Part shown: positions 56,009-64,000 of the stretch, in pieces
How the letters are laid out: each line of letters starts with the position of its first letter
Numbering within the stretch: the first letter of the stretch is position 1
Assembly (NCBI GenBank): GCA_036265355.1
Contig: DATAPF010000683.1
Span: forward strand, 35,457-99,456
From: Kofleriaceae bacterium
GTDB lineage: Bacteria; Myxococcota_A; Polyangia; Haliangiales; Haliangiaceae
Length of the DNA: 64,000 nt
Direction: 5' to 3'
Program-made: the position numbers and the translations under genes
Notes under the pieces: model-generated
Told to the model about the DNA's origin: nothing
Seen by the model: only the letters and a program-made list of their open reading frames with translations
Databases searched by the model: none

Positions 56009-58584
56009 GGCGATCGACCCGGTGGGCTCGGCGGCGCCGCCGATGGAGTCGCCGCCGGGGCGGCCGGCGCCGGCCCCCCGGGAGTCGCCGACAGCGCCGC
56101 GATCCGGTCGGCGTGGTCCGCGGCGGCCGCGCGCAGCGCAGCGCTCTCGCGCAGCACGAGGTCGACATCGCCGGCGCTGGCCGTGGCCGACCGCGCCTGG
56201 GCGCCGAGTGCGGTGGTCAGCTCGCGGCTGCGGCCGCGCAGCTCGCGCATCGCCCGGGCGACCTCGCCGGAGGCCGTCGCCTGCTCCGTGGTCGCCCGTG
56301 CGACCTCCTGCAGCGTGGCGGTCTGGCGCGTGGCGCTCGCCGCCAGGCTGCCGACGACCTCGGCCTGCTCGGCGACCGCACGTGCGGTCTGCTTGGCGAT
56401 CCGCCGGACCTCCCCGGCATCCTTGACCAGCAGCGTCACGGCCTGGGCGTGCTCGGCGGTCGCCGCGGTGATCTCGGTGGACAGCCGGGCGATATCGCGG
56501 ACGCCAGCGTCGATCTCCTTGGCGGCCATGGCCTGCTCGCCGAGCCCGCGCGCGTTCTGCACCGCGGTCTTGCGCGCACCCTCCATCGCGCGCGCGATCT
56601 CGTTGGCGCCCTTGGCCTGCTCGGCGATCGCGACGACGATGCGCTGGGTCGCGGTGGCGACGTCCTGGACGCTGGTCGCGATCCCGGTCACGCTGCGCAG
56701 CTGCTCGGTCATCGCCGCCGTGGTCCGCGCCGTCGCCGTGCGCATCTGGGTCGCGGTGCGCGCCAGCTGGCCGGCTCCGGTCGCCTGCTCCTCCGACGCG
56801 CGGGTCAGCCGCTCGGCGCTCGCGGTCAGCTGCGTGGTGCCCTTGACCAGCTCGCGCAGCGCGCGGGCCTGCTCGCCGGTGGCGTCGCGGGTCTGCTTGG
56901 CCATCGTGCGCATCTCGCCGGCCGACCGGGCCAGGCTCTGGGTCGACTGGGTCTGCTCGGCGCTCGCGCGCGCGATCGTCCGGCTCTCGGTGTCGAGCCG
57001 CGCCGTCGTCGCCGCCACGCTCTGGACGACCCGGGCCTGATCCTCGCTGGCCGTCGCGATGTTCTTGATCGAGCCATCGAGCACATCGACACCCTGCAGG
57101 ATCGCCTCGAGCCCGCCGCGCGCCTCCTCGCCGAGCTGCGCGCCTTCGTCGGCGATCCGCAGGCCCTCGGTGCTCGACGCCACCGCCTCGCGCACCGCGG
57201 TCTGCAGCGCGCGGATGATCTTGGCGACCTCGCCGGCCGATACCGCGGCGCGATCGGCGAGCGCGCGGACCTCCTCGGCGATCACCGCGAACCCGCGGCC
57301 GTGCTCGCCGGCGCGCGCGGCCTCGATGCTCGCGTTGAGCGACAGGAGATTCGTGCGGTCGGCGATCAGGTTGATCGTCTGCACGATGTCGCCGATCTCC
57401 TCCGCGCGCTTGCCCATCTCCTTCATGACCCCGGCGCCGTCGACCATGACCAGGCGGATCTTGGCCAGGCCGGCGATCGTGCGGCCGACCGTGGCGCCGC
57501 CGGCGCGCGCCGAGCCGGCGACCCGCTGCGAGGTCGCGCGGGTGTCCTCGACGACGGCCACGATCTTGCGGGTGACGGCCTCGAGCTGGGTCCCCGCGGC
57601 CGCGTTCGACGATGCCAGCGCGCTGACCTCCTGCGCCGACTGGGCGACGGCCGCCGCCGAGCGCGCGATCTGTTCGACCGCGGCGGCGTTGCCGTCGACC
57701 ACGACCGCGACCTTCTCCGCGGTCGCGGCGACCTCCTCGACCGACGCCGCGATCTCGGCGATGCCGCTCGCGGAGCTGGTCGCCGAGTCCTCGAGCGCGC
57801 CCGCCAGCTCCGACACGCCGCGGATCGAACGGGCGAGCTCCTCGGCGGTGGCCGAGGTCTCCTCGACCGAGCTCGCGGTGTCGGTGGAGTCGGTCACCAC
57901 CTGCTCGAGCGCGGTGGTCAGCGCCTTGAACCCGGCCGCGACGCTGGTCGTGCGATCGCCGACCTGGCGCGCGTCGCTCGCCAGCCGGGTGGACCCCGAG
58001 GACATCTCCTCGATGGTGCTCGCGACCTCCTCGATGGTGCTCGAGGTGTCCTGACCGCGCGCCGCGGCGGCGGTCACTCCGGCGGCGGCCTGGCTCGCCG
58101 AGGCGGCGAGTCGCTGCGCGGTCTCGGCGAGCTCGGTCGTGCTGGTCGCGGTGGTCTTCAGCGTGCGGGCGGTCTGCTCGAGCGCCGTCGCGGTCGACTC
58201 GCTGCTCGCCGCGAGCTGCTCGGTGTCCTTGCGTACCCCGGCGACCGACGCGGCGACCTGCTGGAGCCCGGTCGCGGTGGCCTCGAGCGACTGCAGGGCA
58301 TCGCGGGCGTTCCCCGCGACCCCGGCCTGCGAGCGGGTGAGCTCCTCGCCGGCGCTCGCCGTCTGATCGATGCTCGCGGAGAACTCCTCGAGCGCGGCGC
58401 GCGCCTGCTCGGCGGCGGCTTGCTGCTGGGTCCCGGCGTCGGCGAGCCGGCCGGCGGCCGCCGCGATGTGATCGGCCGCCCCGGCGGAGTGCCGCAGCGA
58501 GCGAACCACGTCATCGACGCTCGACGGGTGGCTCGACGCGTGATCGAGCGTTGCCCGCTCGCGACCGTTGTCCTGGCTGTTCAT
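56005..58584 (-). CDS. Soluble methyl-accepting chemotaxis protein with an exceptionally long helical region
   Basis: The signalling tip [44 protein letters not shown] lies at residues about 400-445 of 859. No hydrophobic TM segment or ligand-binding domain is visible. Nine 28-residue repeats lie C-terminal to the signalling domain. Confidence 0.9.
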   Translation of the reverse strand: MNSQDNGRERATLDHASSHPSSVDDVVRSLRHSAGAADHIAAAAGRLADAGTQQQAAAEQARAALEEFSASIDQTASAGEELTRSQAGVAGNARDALQSLEATATGLQQVAASVAGVRKDTEQLAASSESTATALEQTARTLKTTATSTTELAETAQRLAASASQAAAGVTAAAARGQDTSSTIEEVASTIEEMSSGSTRLASDARQVGDRTTSVAAGFKALTTALEQVVTDSTDTASSVEETSATAEELARSIRGVSELAGALEDSATSSASGIAEIAASVEEVAATAEKVAVVVDGNAAAVEQIARSAAAVAQSAQEVSALASSNAAAGTQLEAVTRKIVAVVEDTRATSQRVAGSARAGGATVGRTIAGLAKIRLVMVDGAGVMKEMGKRAEEIGDIVQTINLIADRTNLLSLNASIEAARAGEHGRGFAVIAEEVRALADRAAVSAGEVAKIIRALQTAVREAVASSTEGLRIADEGAQLGEEARGGLEAILQGVDVLDGSIKNIATASEDQARVVQSVAATTARLDTESRTIARASAEQTQSTQSLARSAGEMRTMAKQTRDATGEQARALRELVKGTTQLTASAERLTRASEEQATGAGQLARTATQMRTATARTTAAMTEQLRSVTGIATSVQDVATATQRIVVAIAEQAKGANEIARAMEGARKTAVQNARGLGEQAMAAKEIDAGVRDIARLSTEITAATAEHAQAVTLLVKDAGEVRRIAKQTARAVAEQAEVVGSLAASATRQTATLQEVARATTEQATASGEVARAMRELRGRSRELTTALGAQARSATASAGDVDLVLRESAALRAAAADHADRIAALSATPGGPAPAAPAATPSAAPPSPPGRSP

Positions 58585-59012
58585 GACGCGTGCTCCTGTC
58601 CGATCACACGGGGTACATCGACGATGAGAAACAATCGATTCCGCACGCTGACCACGCCGGTGACGAAGCCGCTGGCCTGCTGCTTGATCAGCTCGGGCGC
58701 GTCCTGGAAGCTGGCCTCGTCGAGCTGGATCACGTCGCGCGCGCTGTCGACCAGCAGCCCCACGACGCGCGTGCCGAGCTGGACCACGACCACGCGGTGG
58801 TCGAGCGTATGGTCGGTCGGCGGCAGGCCGAACCGCTTGCGGAGGTCGATCACGGGCACGACCCGGCCGCGGACCTGGACCAGCCCGGCCACGTAGGGCG
58901 GCGCGCCCGGAACGTGGGTCGCCGCCTGGAACGACTCGAGGTGCAGGACCTGCGCCGCCGGGACCACGTACTCCGCGGTGCCGACGCGAAACGCCACATG
59001 GAGCGAGGTCAT
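58581..59012 (-). CDS. cheW: Chemotaxis coupling protein CheW
   Basis: 143 aa. [15 protein letters not shown]...[21 protein letters not shown]...[20 protein letters not shown] is typical CheW. There are ATGA overlaps on both sides. Confidence 0.9.
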   Translation of the reverse strand: MTSLHVAFRVGTAEYVVPAAQVLHLESFQAATHVPGAPPYVAGLVQVRGRVVPVIDLRKRFGLPPTDHTLDHRVVVVQLGTRVVGLLVDSARDVIQLDEASFQDAPELIKQQASGFVTGVVSVRNRLFLIVDVPRVIGQEHAS

Positions 59013-61063
59013 GAAGCCGGCCTTTCCGCGCCGCGCGTGCTCAGCGCATGGAGATCGAGGACCAGCGTGGGCAGCCCATCGCCCAGATCGGTCGCGCCGG
59101 CGACGCCGGGGACCTTCAGCAGCGCATCGTCGACCGGGCGGACCACGACCTCGTGGCGCCCGAGCATGCGGTCGACCATGAAGCCGACCGGCACGCCCTG
59201 GCGGCGGATCACGATCGCCTTGCGCGCCGCGGCGCCGTCATCGATCGCGAGCAGCGTGCCGAGCGGGCGCAGCGGGATCGGCTGACCGCGCCGCTCTGCG
59301 AGGTAGACCGGCGCGGGCGCGCCCGGCGCGGCCGGCGGCAGCACGTCCTGGCCAGGGCGCAGCTCGAAGATCTCGTCGATCGCCGCCACCGGCACGACGA
59401 AGGTCTGGCGGCCGCAGGCAAACGAGAACACATCGACCACCGCGATCGTCAACGGGACGCGCAGCGTGAACGCGGTCCCCGCGCCGGGCGTGGTCGCGAT
59501 CGCGAGCTCGCCGCCGAGATCCTGGGTCGCGATCCGGCGCACGATGTCCATCCCGAGCCCGCGCCCGCTGGTCCGGGTCGCGACGTCGCGGGTCGAGAAC
59601 CCGGGCGCGGTGAGCACGTCGAGCAGGTCGGCGTCGTCGTCGACCGCGCGGCCGGCGCGCGCCGCGATCGCCCGGCGATCGATGCCGCGACCGTCGTCCT
59701 TGACCACCAGCTCGAGCCGGCTGCCGCCGACGTCGAAGCAGCTCACCGCCACGGTGCCTGCGCGCGGCTTGCCGCGGGCGACCCGCTCGTCGGCTGGCTC
59801 GATCGCGTGATCGACCGCGTTGCGGATCAGGTGAACCAGCGCCGGCAGCAGGCGATCGGCCACCGCCTTGTCGAGCTCGGCGTCGCGCGCGTCGATCTCG
59901 AGCCGGAGCTCCTTGTGCGCGCTGCGCCCGAGGCTGCGCACGAGCAGCGCCAGCGGCTCGAGCACCTCGGCGACCCGCACCATCCGGGCGCGCAGGATCG
60001 CGCGCCGCAGATCGCGCAGCTGGCGAGCCTGGTGGTTCGCGACCTCGCGCAGCGCGCGGACGTCGACCCGGCGCTCGGCGAGCGCTGCGATCTCGCGCTC
60101 GAGCCGGAACCGCGACACGATCAGCAGCGACAGCTGGTCCTGCAGCTCGTCGAGCCGGGCGAGCTCGACCCGCACGAGCGCGCGGCCGAGCAACGCGGCT
60201 CCGTCTTCCCGGCCCACGGTGCCGGCCGCCGCGCTCGGGGCAGGCAGCGCGTCGGTCGGCTCGTCGAGGATGGCGGCTGGCGCGGCCGGCTCGGAGGGCG
60301 GGCTCAGCTCGACCAGACGATCCGTGCTGCTGGCCGCCGCCTGTGCGATCGCGTCGGCCGGCGCAGCGCTCGCGACCAGCAGATCGAACGCGAGGCCCGG
60401 CGCCTGGCCCGGCGTCGCCCGCGGCACCACCTTGACCACGTCGCCGAGCTCGCCCAGCCGTGCGCGCACCGATGCGATCGTGACGCCGCGGCTCGCATTG
60501 GCCTCGCTCGGGACGAACGACACCCGCCACGCCCGCCGCCCGATCTGCCAGCCCGTCGCCACCATCTGCCGCTCGCCCGCGGTCAGCCCGGTGTCCCAGG
60601 CTGGCGCGGTCGGCGAATCGGCGCTCGCCGCGGGCACCGGGGCTCGTGCGGTCGACGCCGCTGCGCCGCCGGCGGCCGCGATCGCATCGAGCAGCTCGGT
60701 CGATACCGGCACCGGCGCCCGCTGCTCGTCGATCGCGCGCACGTGCTCGGCGATCGTCGCGACGCCGCGCAGCGAGACATCGACCGACTCGCGCGCCAGC
60801 GCGCCGCCGGCGCGATCCGCAGTGCGCACCAGGCCCTCGAGTCCGTGCGCCAGCTCGACGATCGGTTCCACACCGATCATCCCTGCGAGTCCCTTGAGCG
60901 TGTGGAGCGCGCGGAACAGATCGCGGACCGCGCGCGGCCGCAGCGTCCCTGCGAGGTTCGCGCCCTCGATCTCGAGCAACGCGGCGTTGGCTGCCGCGAC
61001 GAGCTCGTCCGACTCGGCGATGAACCCCGCCACGAACTCGCGTAGATCGACGCCGTCGCTCAC
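59009..61063 (-). CDS. cheA: Chemotaxis histidine kinase CheA
   Basis: Hpt motif is [15 protein letters not shown]. The HATPase region is [12 protein letters not shown]...DDGRGID...[12 protein letters not shown]-terminal CheW-like domain is present. GTG start overlaps the cheY stop (GTGA). Confidence 0.9.
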   Translation of the reverse strand: MSDGVDLREFVAGFIAESDELVAAANAALLEIEGANLAGTLRPRAVRDLFRALHTLKGLAGMIGVEPIVELAHGLEGLVRTADRAGGALARESVDVSLRGVATIAEHVRAIDEQRAPVPVSTELLDAIAAAGGAAASTARAPVPAASADSPTAPAWDTGLTAGERQMVATGWQIGRRAWRVSFVPSEANASRGVTIASVRARLGELGDVVKVVPRATPGQAPGLAFDLLVASAAPADAIAQAAASSTDRLVELSPPSEPAAPAAILDEPTDALPAPSAAAGTVGREDGAALLGRALVRVELARLDELQDQLSLLIVSRFRLEREIAALAERRVDVRALREVANHQARQLRDLRRAILRARMVRVAEVLEPLALLVRSLGRSAHKELRLEIDARDAELDKAVADRLLPALVHLIRNAVDHAIEPADERVARGKPRAGTVAVSCFDVGGSRLELVVKDDGRGIDRRAIAARAGRAVDDDADLLDVLTAPGFSTRDVATRTSGRGLGMDIVRRIATQDLGGELAIATTPGAGTAFTLRVPLTIAVVDVFSFACGRQTFVVPVAAIDEIFELRPGQDVLPPAAPGAPAPVYLAERRGQPIPLRPLGTLLAIDDGAAARKAIVIRRQGVPVGFMVDRMLGRHEVVVRPVDDALLKVPGVAGATDLGDGLPTLVLDLHALSTRGAERPAS

Positions 61064-61455
61064 GCCGGAGCACGATCGGCGGCGCGCTCGGACGAGAGCA
61101 GGCGACGGACCTCGTCGAGGATCTCGGCGGGCGCGAACGGCTTGGCGAGAAAGCTCGACGCGCCGGCGCCGAGGGCCTGCGCGCGGCTATCGTCATCGCC
61201 GCGCGTGGTGACGATCAGGATCGGTAGCTCGCGCAGGCGGTCCTGCGAACGTACGAACTCGACTACCTCGACGCCACCGACGTCGGGCATGTTGAGGTCG
61301 AGCACCATCATGTCGAACGGGGCGAGCGCCAGGCGCTCGATCGCTTCGAGCCCGGTACCGGCGAACTCGAACGCGACCGCGCCGAGCGGCCGAAGACACG
61401 CCGCCACCATGTCCCGCATGAGCTTGCTATCGTCGACGATGAGGAGACGCTTCAT
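61060..61455 (-). CDS. cheY: Single-domain response regulator CheY
   Basis: 131 aa. MKRLLIVDDSKLMRDM...DMMVLDLNMPDVGG...LPILIVTT...FLAKPF carries the receiver signature. Confidence 0.9.
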   Translation of the reverse strand: MKRLLIVDDSKLMRDMVAACLRPLGAVAFEFAGTGLEAIERLALAPFDMMVLDLNMPDVGGVEVVEFVRSQDRLRELPILIVTTRGDDDSRAQALGAGASSFLAKPFAPAEILDEVRRLLSSERAADRAPA

Positions 61456-61479
61456 GATGTCTGGAGAGCCGCCGAGCTA

Positions 61480-61499
61480 GCGACCGCGTGAGCGGTCGC
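61480..61499. promoter_or_regulatory. Palindrome GCGACCGC-gtga-GCGGTCGC 25 nt upstream of the cheY start
   Basis: Read directly. It could be a 5'-UTR hairpin or an operator; function unknown. Confidence 0.2.
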
Positions 61500-61736
61500 G
61501 GCGTCGCAATCGGCCGCACCGTAGCACGCCACAGTCCACGATCCGCTGCGGCAACACCGATCGCGATGCGTGCACGAGCGCTCACCGTGCGAATTCGCCC
61601 GGTGACCGATCTGGTTGGATCGCAGCATCGACCCCCAACACTGGCAAGGAGAAGGCTATCAAGGCCCGGGGCGACCAGGCGAGCCGGCTCACGCTGTGGC
61701 GATTTTCGGGCGTCGACGTGATCCGCATCGACGGGC

Positions 61737-61994
61737 TCAGCGCCGCTCCTCGCGCTCCTCCTGCTTCTCCTCGCCGAACCCCTGCGCGATGTCCGTGGCC
61801 GTGCGGTAGGTCCCGTCGGGTAGCCCGCGGATCGCATCCAGCACCGGTGAATCCGGCGGCAACCGCGAGGCGGCGTACTGCACCACCTCGTCCTTGGCCT
61901 TGGGAAAGTCGATACCCGCGAGGGCCTTCTCGACGTCGGCGGCGCTCACCGCGCGCGGCATCGGCTCGTTCTCTGCTTGTCGTTCGCTTGCCAT
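61737..61994 (-). CDS. DUF2795-family small protein
   Basis: 85 aa. VSAADVEKALAGIDFPKAKDEVVQYAA matches the DUF2795 pattern (..ALKG.DFPA.K..L...A). It has an acidic/basic tail. Confidence 0.75.
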   Translation of the reverse strand: MASERQAENEPMPRAVSAADVEKALAGIDFPKAKDEVVQYAASRLPPDSPVLDAIRGLPDGTYRTATDIAQGFGEEKQEEREERR

Positions 61995-62154
61995 AAGTCA
62001 CCTCGTTTTTCGTGTTCTCCTCGGTGTCGATCGACGCCGAGATCGTCGTCGATGGCCTGGTGGCCACCGCCCCCGAGCCAATGCACCGCGTGAGCCAGCT
62101 CGATCTCCGCAGGCTCGTAGGGGACGAGATGATCCGGCCGCGCCGGCTCGACGA

Positions 62155-64000
62155 CTAGCGCAGCACGCTGCTCGCGTCGGCCTGGGCGATCACCGCATCG
62201 GCGTCGGCCTGGAGCATCAGGCGCGCGGCGACCAGGCGCGCAGCGGCGGCGCGCACGGCCGCGACGTAGCCGGCGTGATCGACGTAGCGCTCCTCGAGCG
62301 ATGGCCGTGGATCGCCGCTGGCCGCGCGCTCAGCGCGGGTCCGCGCGAACGGGATGAAGCTGCCGGTCAGGCCGCACTCCTCGCCCTCGGCGAAGCCGGC
62401 GCGCCGCAGGTTCCAGCCGGTGAAGGTGCCGAGCGGCGCCTCGAGGCCGACGCCGCGCAGCCCGGCGACCTCGTTGCCGTCGCCGTTCACCTGCGGCACG
62501 AGCACGCGGTAGGCCGCATGGCCGGCGCTGCGCGGCGGCTCGTCGATGATCCCGCTCTCCCGGTCGATGTCGAACCCGTGGCCATAGTCCACGCGGTTCA
62601 GCCCGTCGAGGATACCGGAGTACGTGACCCCGGGAATGTCCGGCCAGTCGATCGAGCGTAGCGAGACGGGGGGTGGCGACCCCCGTGGGATCGATCGCTG
62701 CGCCGAGTCGACCAGCGTGCCGCCGCGCAGGGTCGGGATCCGGCTCGCCGGCGGCTCGGCGTCGGACACGACCCAGCTGCGCAGCGCGACCAGCAGCGCG
62801 CGCAGCCCATACTGGTAGAGGTTGGGGTTGCTGAGCTGCTGGCAGATGCCGGCGGCGGCGACCGCGGCCGGGACGTGCTGCGTGCCGGCGAAGTGGAACA
62901 GCCGGACCTCGCCGGGCTGGTGCAGGTCGAACCGGCCGTGCACGTCGGTGGTGTCGAGCGACATCCGGCCCTGCCAGTACTCGGTGGAGCTGACGGTCTG
63001 GATGATCCGCGGGCAGCTGCGGGTCCGGCGACAGCTGTCGAGGATCCCGCCGGTGTCTCCGGCGATGTCGTCGACCGAATCGCCGTAGCCGAACGGCGGC
63101 TGCGCGGTCGGATACAGGTGATCCTCGTGCTGGCCGTAGGCGCGCCCGGGCTGACCGAACCGCACGTTGAGCGGGATCAGCTGCGAGGCCAGGTGCGGAT
63201 TCATGCCGTCGAACACCGCGTTGCCGCGCTCGTCGCGGTTGAACCCCAGCAGCACGAGCGTGCGCAGGAACCGGCCGGCCTGGGACGTGCCGTGGGCGAG
63301 CGCGGTGCGGGTCGCGCCGGCGAGCGGATTGGGCGTGCCCGCGTCGTCGCGCTGGGCGTGGCGCAGGAACGCGATCAGGTCGCGGGTCGCCGCGAACCCC
63401 AGGCCCAGCACGGTCGGGTTCTTCGCCGTGTACAACAGCTCGTAGATGTGGTCGGTGTCGAACCCGTTGCGCAGGCAGATCTGGGTCGTGCTCGGCACGC
63501 CCGGGAACGGCTGGGTGGTGCAGTCGGCGAATGCCCAGTCAGTGGCCGGGATCGCGATCCGCGGATCGGTCTCCTTGACCCGCATGGTGAGCACCGCGTT
63601 GCGGGTGTCGAGGCTGGCGGTCTCGTAGCTGGTGTGGGTCAGGCCGGTGAACGAGCCGCTGCTCAGGTTCTGGGTCGAGGTCGCGGCGCTGACCACGTAC
63701 TCGCCGCGCACGCGGCCGGTGATCTCGGAGCCGTCGGGCCGGTGCGCGACCGGCACGGTCAGGGTCATGCGGCCGCCGCCGGCGGCGACGTCGGCCTGCC
63801 AGCCGCTCCACACCACCGTGTAGCCCTGGCTCTGCAGGAAGCCATCGCCCGCCGACGTCGGCTCGTTGCCGCCGACCGCGCCGAAGTTGAACAGGCCGAG
63901 CGCGACCTTGTTGCCGCGGTTCACCGCGTCGTAGAAGATCGTCGCGTTGCCGCGCGCCGGATCGTGCGGCGCGAGGATGTAGACGTCCATCGCGTACTCG
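62155..64000 (-). CDS. Large uncharacterised protein, possibly alpha/beta-hydrolase-like; the N-terminus probably lies beyond the window
   Basis: Listed ORF 62155..63990. The frame stays open to the window edge upstream of the first Met (..EYA-MDVYILAPHDPARGN). Composition is good. The functional guess rests only on a vague recollection of similar alpha/beta hydrolase domain-containing annotations. Confidence 0.6.
   Translation of the reverse strand, partial: EYAMDVYILAPHDPARGNATIFYDAVNRGNKVALGLFNFGAVGGNEPTSAGDGFLQSQGYTVVWSGWQADVAAGGGRMTLTVPVAHRPDGSEITGRVRGEYVVSAATSTQNLSSGSFTGLTHTSYETASLDTRNAVLTMRVKETDPRIAIPATDWAFADCTTQPFPGVPSTTQICLRNGFDTDHIYELLYTAKNPTVLGLGFAATRDLIAFLRHAQRDDAGTPNPLAGATRTALAHGTSQAGRFLRTLVLLGFNRDERGNAVFDGMNPHLASQLIPLNVRFGQPGRAYGQHEDHLYPTAQPPFGYGDSVDDIAGDTGGILDSCRRTRSCPRIIQTVSSTEYWQGRMSLDTTDVHGRFDLHQPGEVRLFHFAGTQHVPAAVAAAGICQQLSNPNLYQYGLRALLVALRSWVVSDAEPPASRIPTLRGGTLVDSAQRSIPRGSPPPVSLRSIDWPDIPGVTYSGILDGLNRVDYGHGFDIDRESGIIDEPPRSAGHAAYRVLVPQVNGDGNEVAGLRGVGLEAPLGTFTGWNLRRAGFAEGEECGLTGSFIPFARTRAERAASGDPRPSLEERYVDHAGYVAAVRAAAARLVAARLMLQADADAVIAQADASSVLR

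Noticed and set aside
55216-58896. 1226-aa plus-strand ORF antisense to the HEAT protein, mcp and cheW
   Set aside because: It is an Arg/Gly/Ala/Leu low-complexity mirror image of the Ala/Glu-rich coiled-coil genes. The minus-strand genes carry diagnostic MCP, HEAT and CheW motifs and have coupled junctions.
59048-61211. ORFs 59048..61045 (+), 59238..61196 (-) and 59868..61211 (+) overlapping cheA
   Set aside because: The frame with the Hpt, HATPase and CheW-like motifs is 59009..61063 on the minus strand. The others are Arg/Pro/Ser-rich artefacts.
61456-61736. Sigma-54 (-24 GG / -12 GC) promoter upstream of the che operon
   Set aside because: The closest candidate, read on the minus strand (cGGtgcggccgattGCg), has 11-nt rather than 10-nt spacing and a poor match to TGGCAC-N5-TTGC. 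No enhancer-binding protein gene is adjacent.

Overview
This is a 64 kb, very G+C-rich bacterial chromosomal window. It is most likely from a myxobacterium (Myxococcota): it has a MYXO-CTERM-like sorting tail, several Hanks-type Ser/Thr kinases, many lipobox or secreted proteins, and a chemosensory cluster of the alternative-cellular-function type. I support about 45 protein-coding genes. I recognised no rRNA, tRNA, CRISPR array, transposase or integrase.

Gene order:
- Glycine-rich protein fragment.
- ligJ/ligK-like hydratase-aldolase pair.
- Secreted protein built from six tandem beta-sandwich repeats.
- Three-subunit molybdenum hydroxylase (2Fe-2S / FAD / Moco).
- TreS-like GH13 enzyme, then a DUF2279-like protein.
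- Ser/Thr kinase fused to WD40 propellers.
- Tiny double-glycine-leader peptide gene.
- Secreted zinc metalloprotease, then a SEC-C protein.
- 1926-aa lipoprotein Rhs/YD protein with a teneurin-like module order and an AT-richer C-terminal tip.
- Divergent STAND ATPase, a CHRD protein and an acyl-CoA-dehydrogenase-like protein.
- Five-gene envelope cluster on the minus strand (PLD lipoprotein, coiled-coil repeat protein, lipoprotein, YbjQ, small peptide).
- Ada/AlkA fusion coupled to a PEP-mutase-family enzyme.
- Four-gene kinase plus cell-surface operon.
- UbiB kinase, bacterioferritin-like protein, hybrid histidine kinase and a phospholipase-C-family phosphoesterase.
- Eight-gene overlapping che operon (cheY-cheA-cheW-mcp-HEAT-cheR-cheB-RR/GAF/HK).
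- DUF2795 protein and a partial hydrolase-like gene.

The candidates most worth follow-up are the teneurin-like Rhs lipoprotein, the kinase-linked surface operon, the giant soluble MCP with nine exact 28-residue repeats inside the che operon, the six-fold tail-fibre-like repeat protein, and the two small GG-motif peptides.

Limits: all functional calls come from motif recognition by eye on the supplied translations. No database search was run. Start codons are often uncertain. The many long antisense ORFs are treated as high-G+C artefacts.
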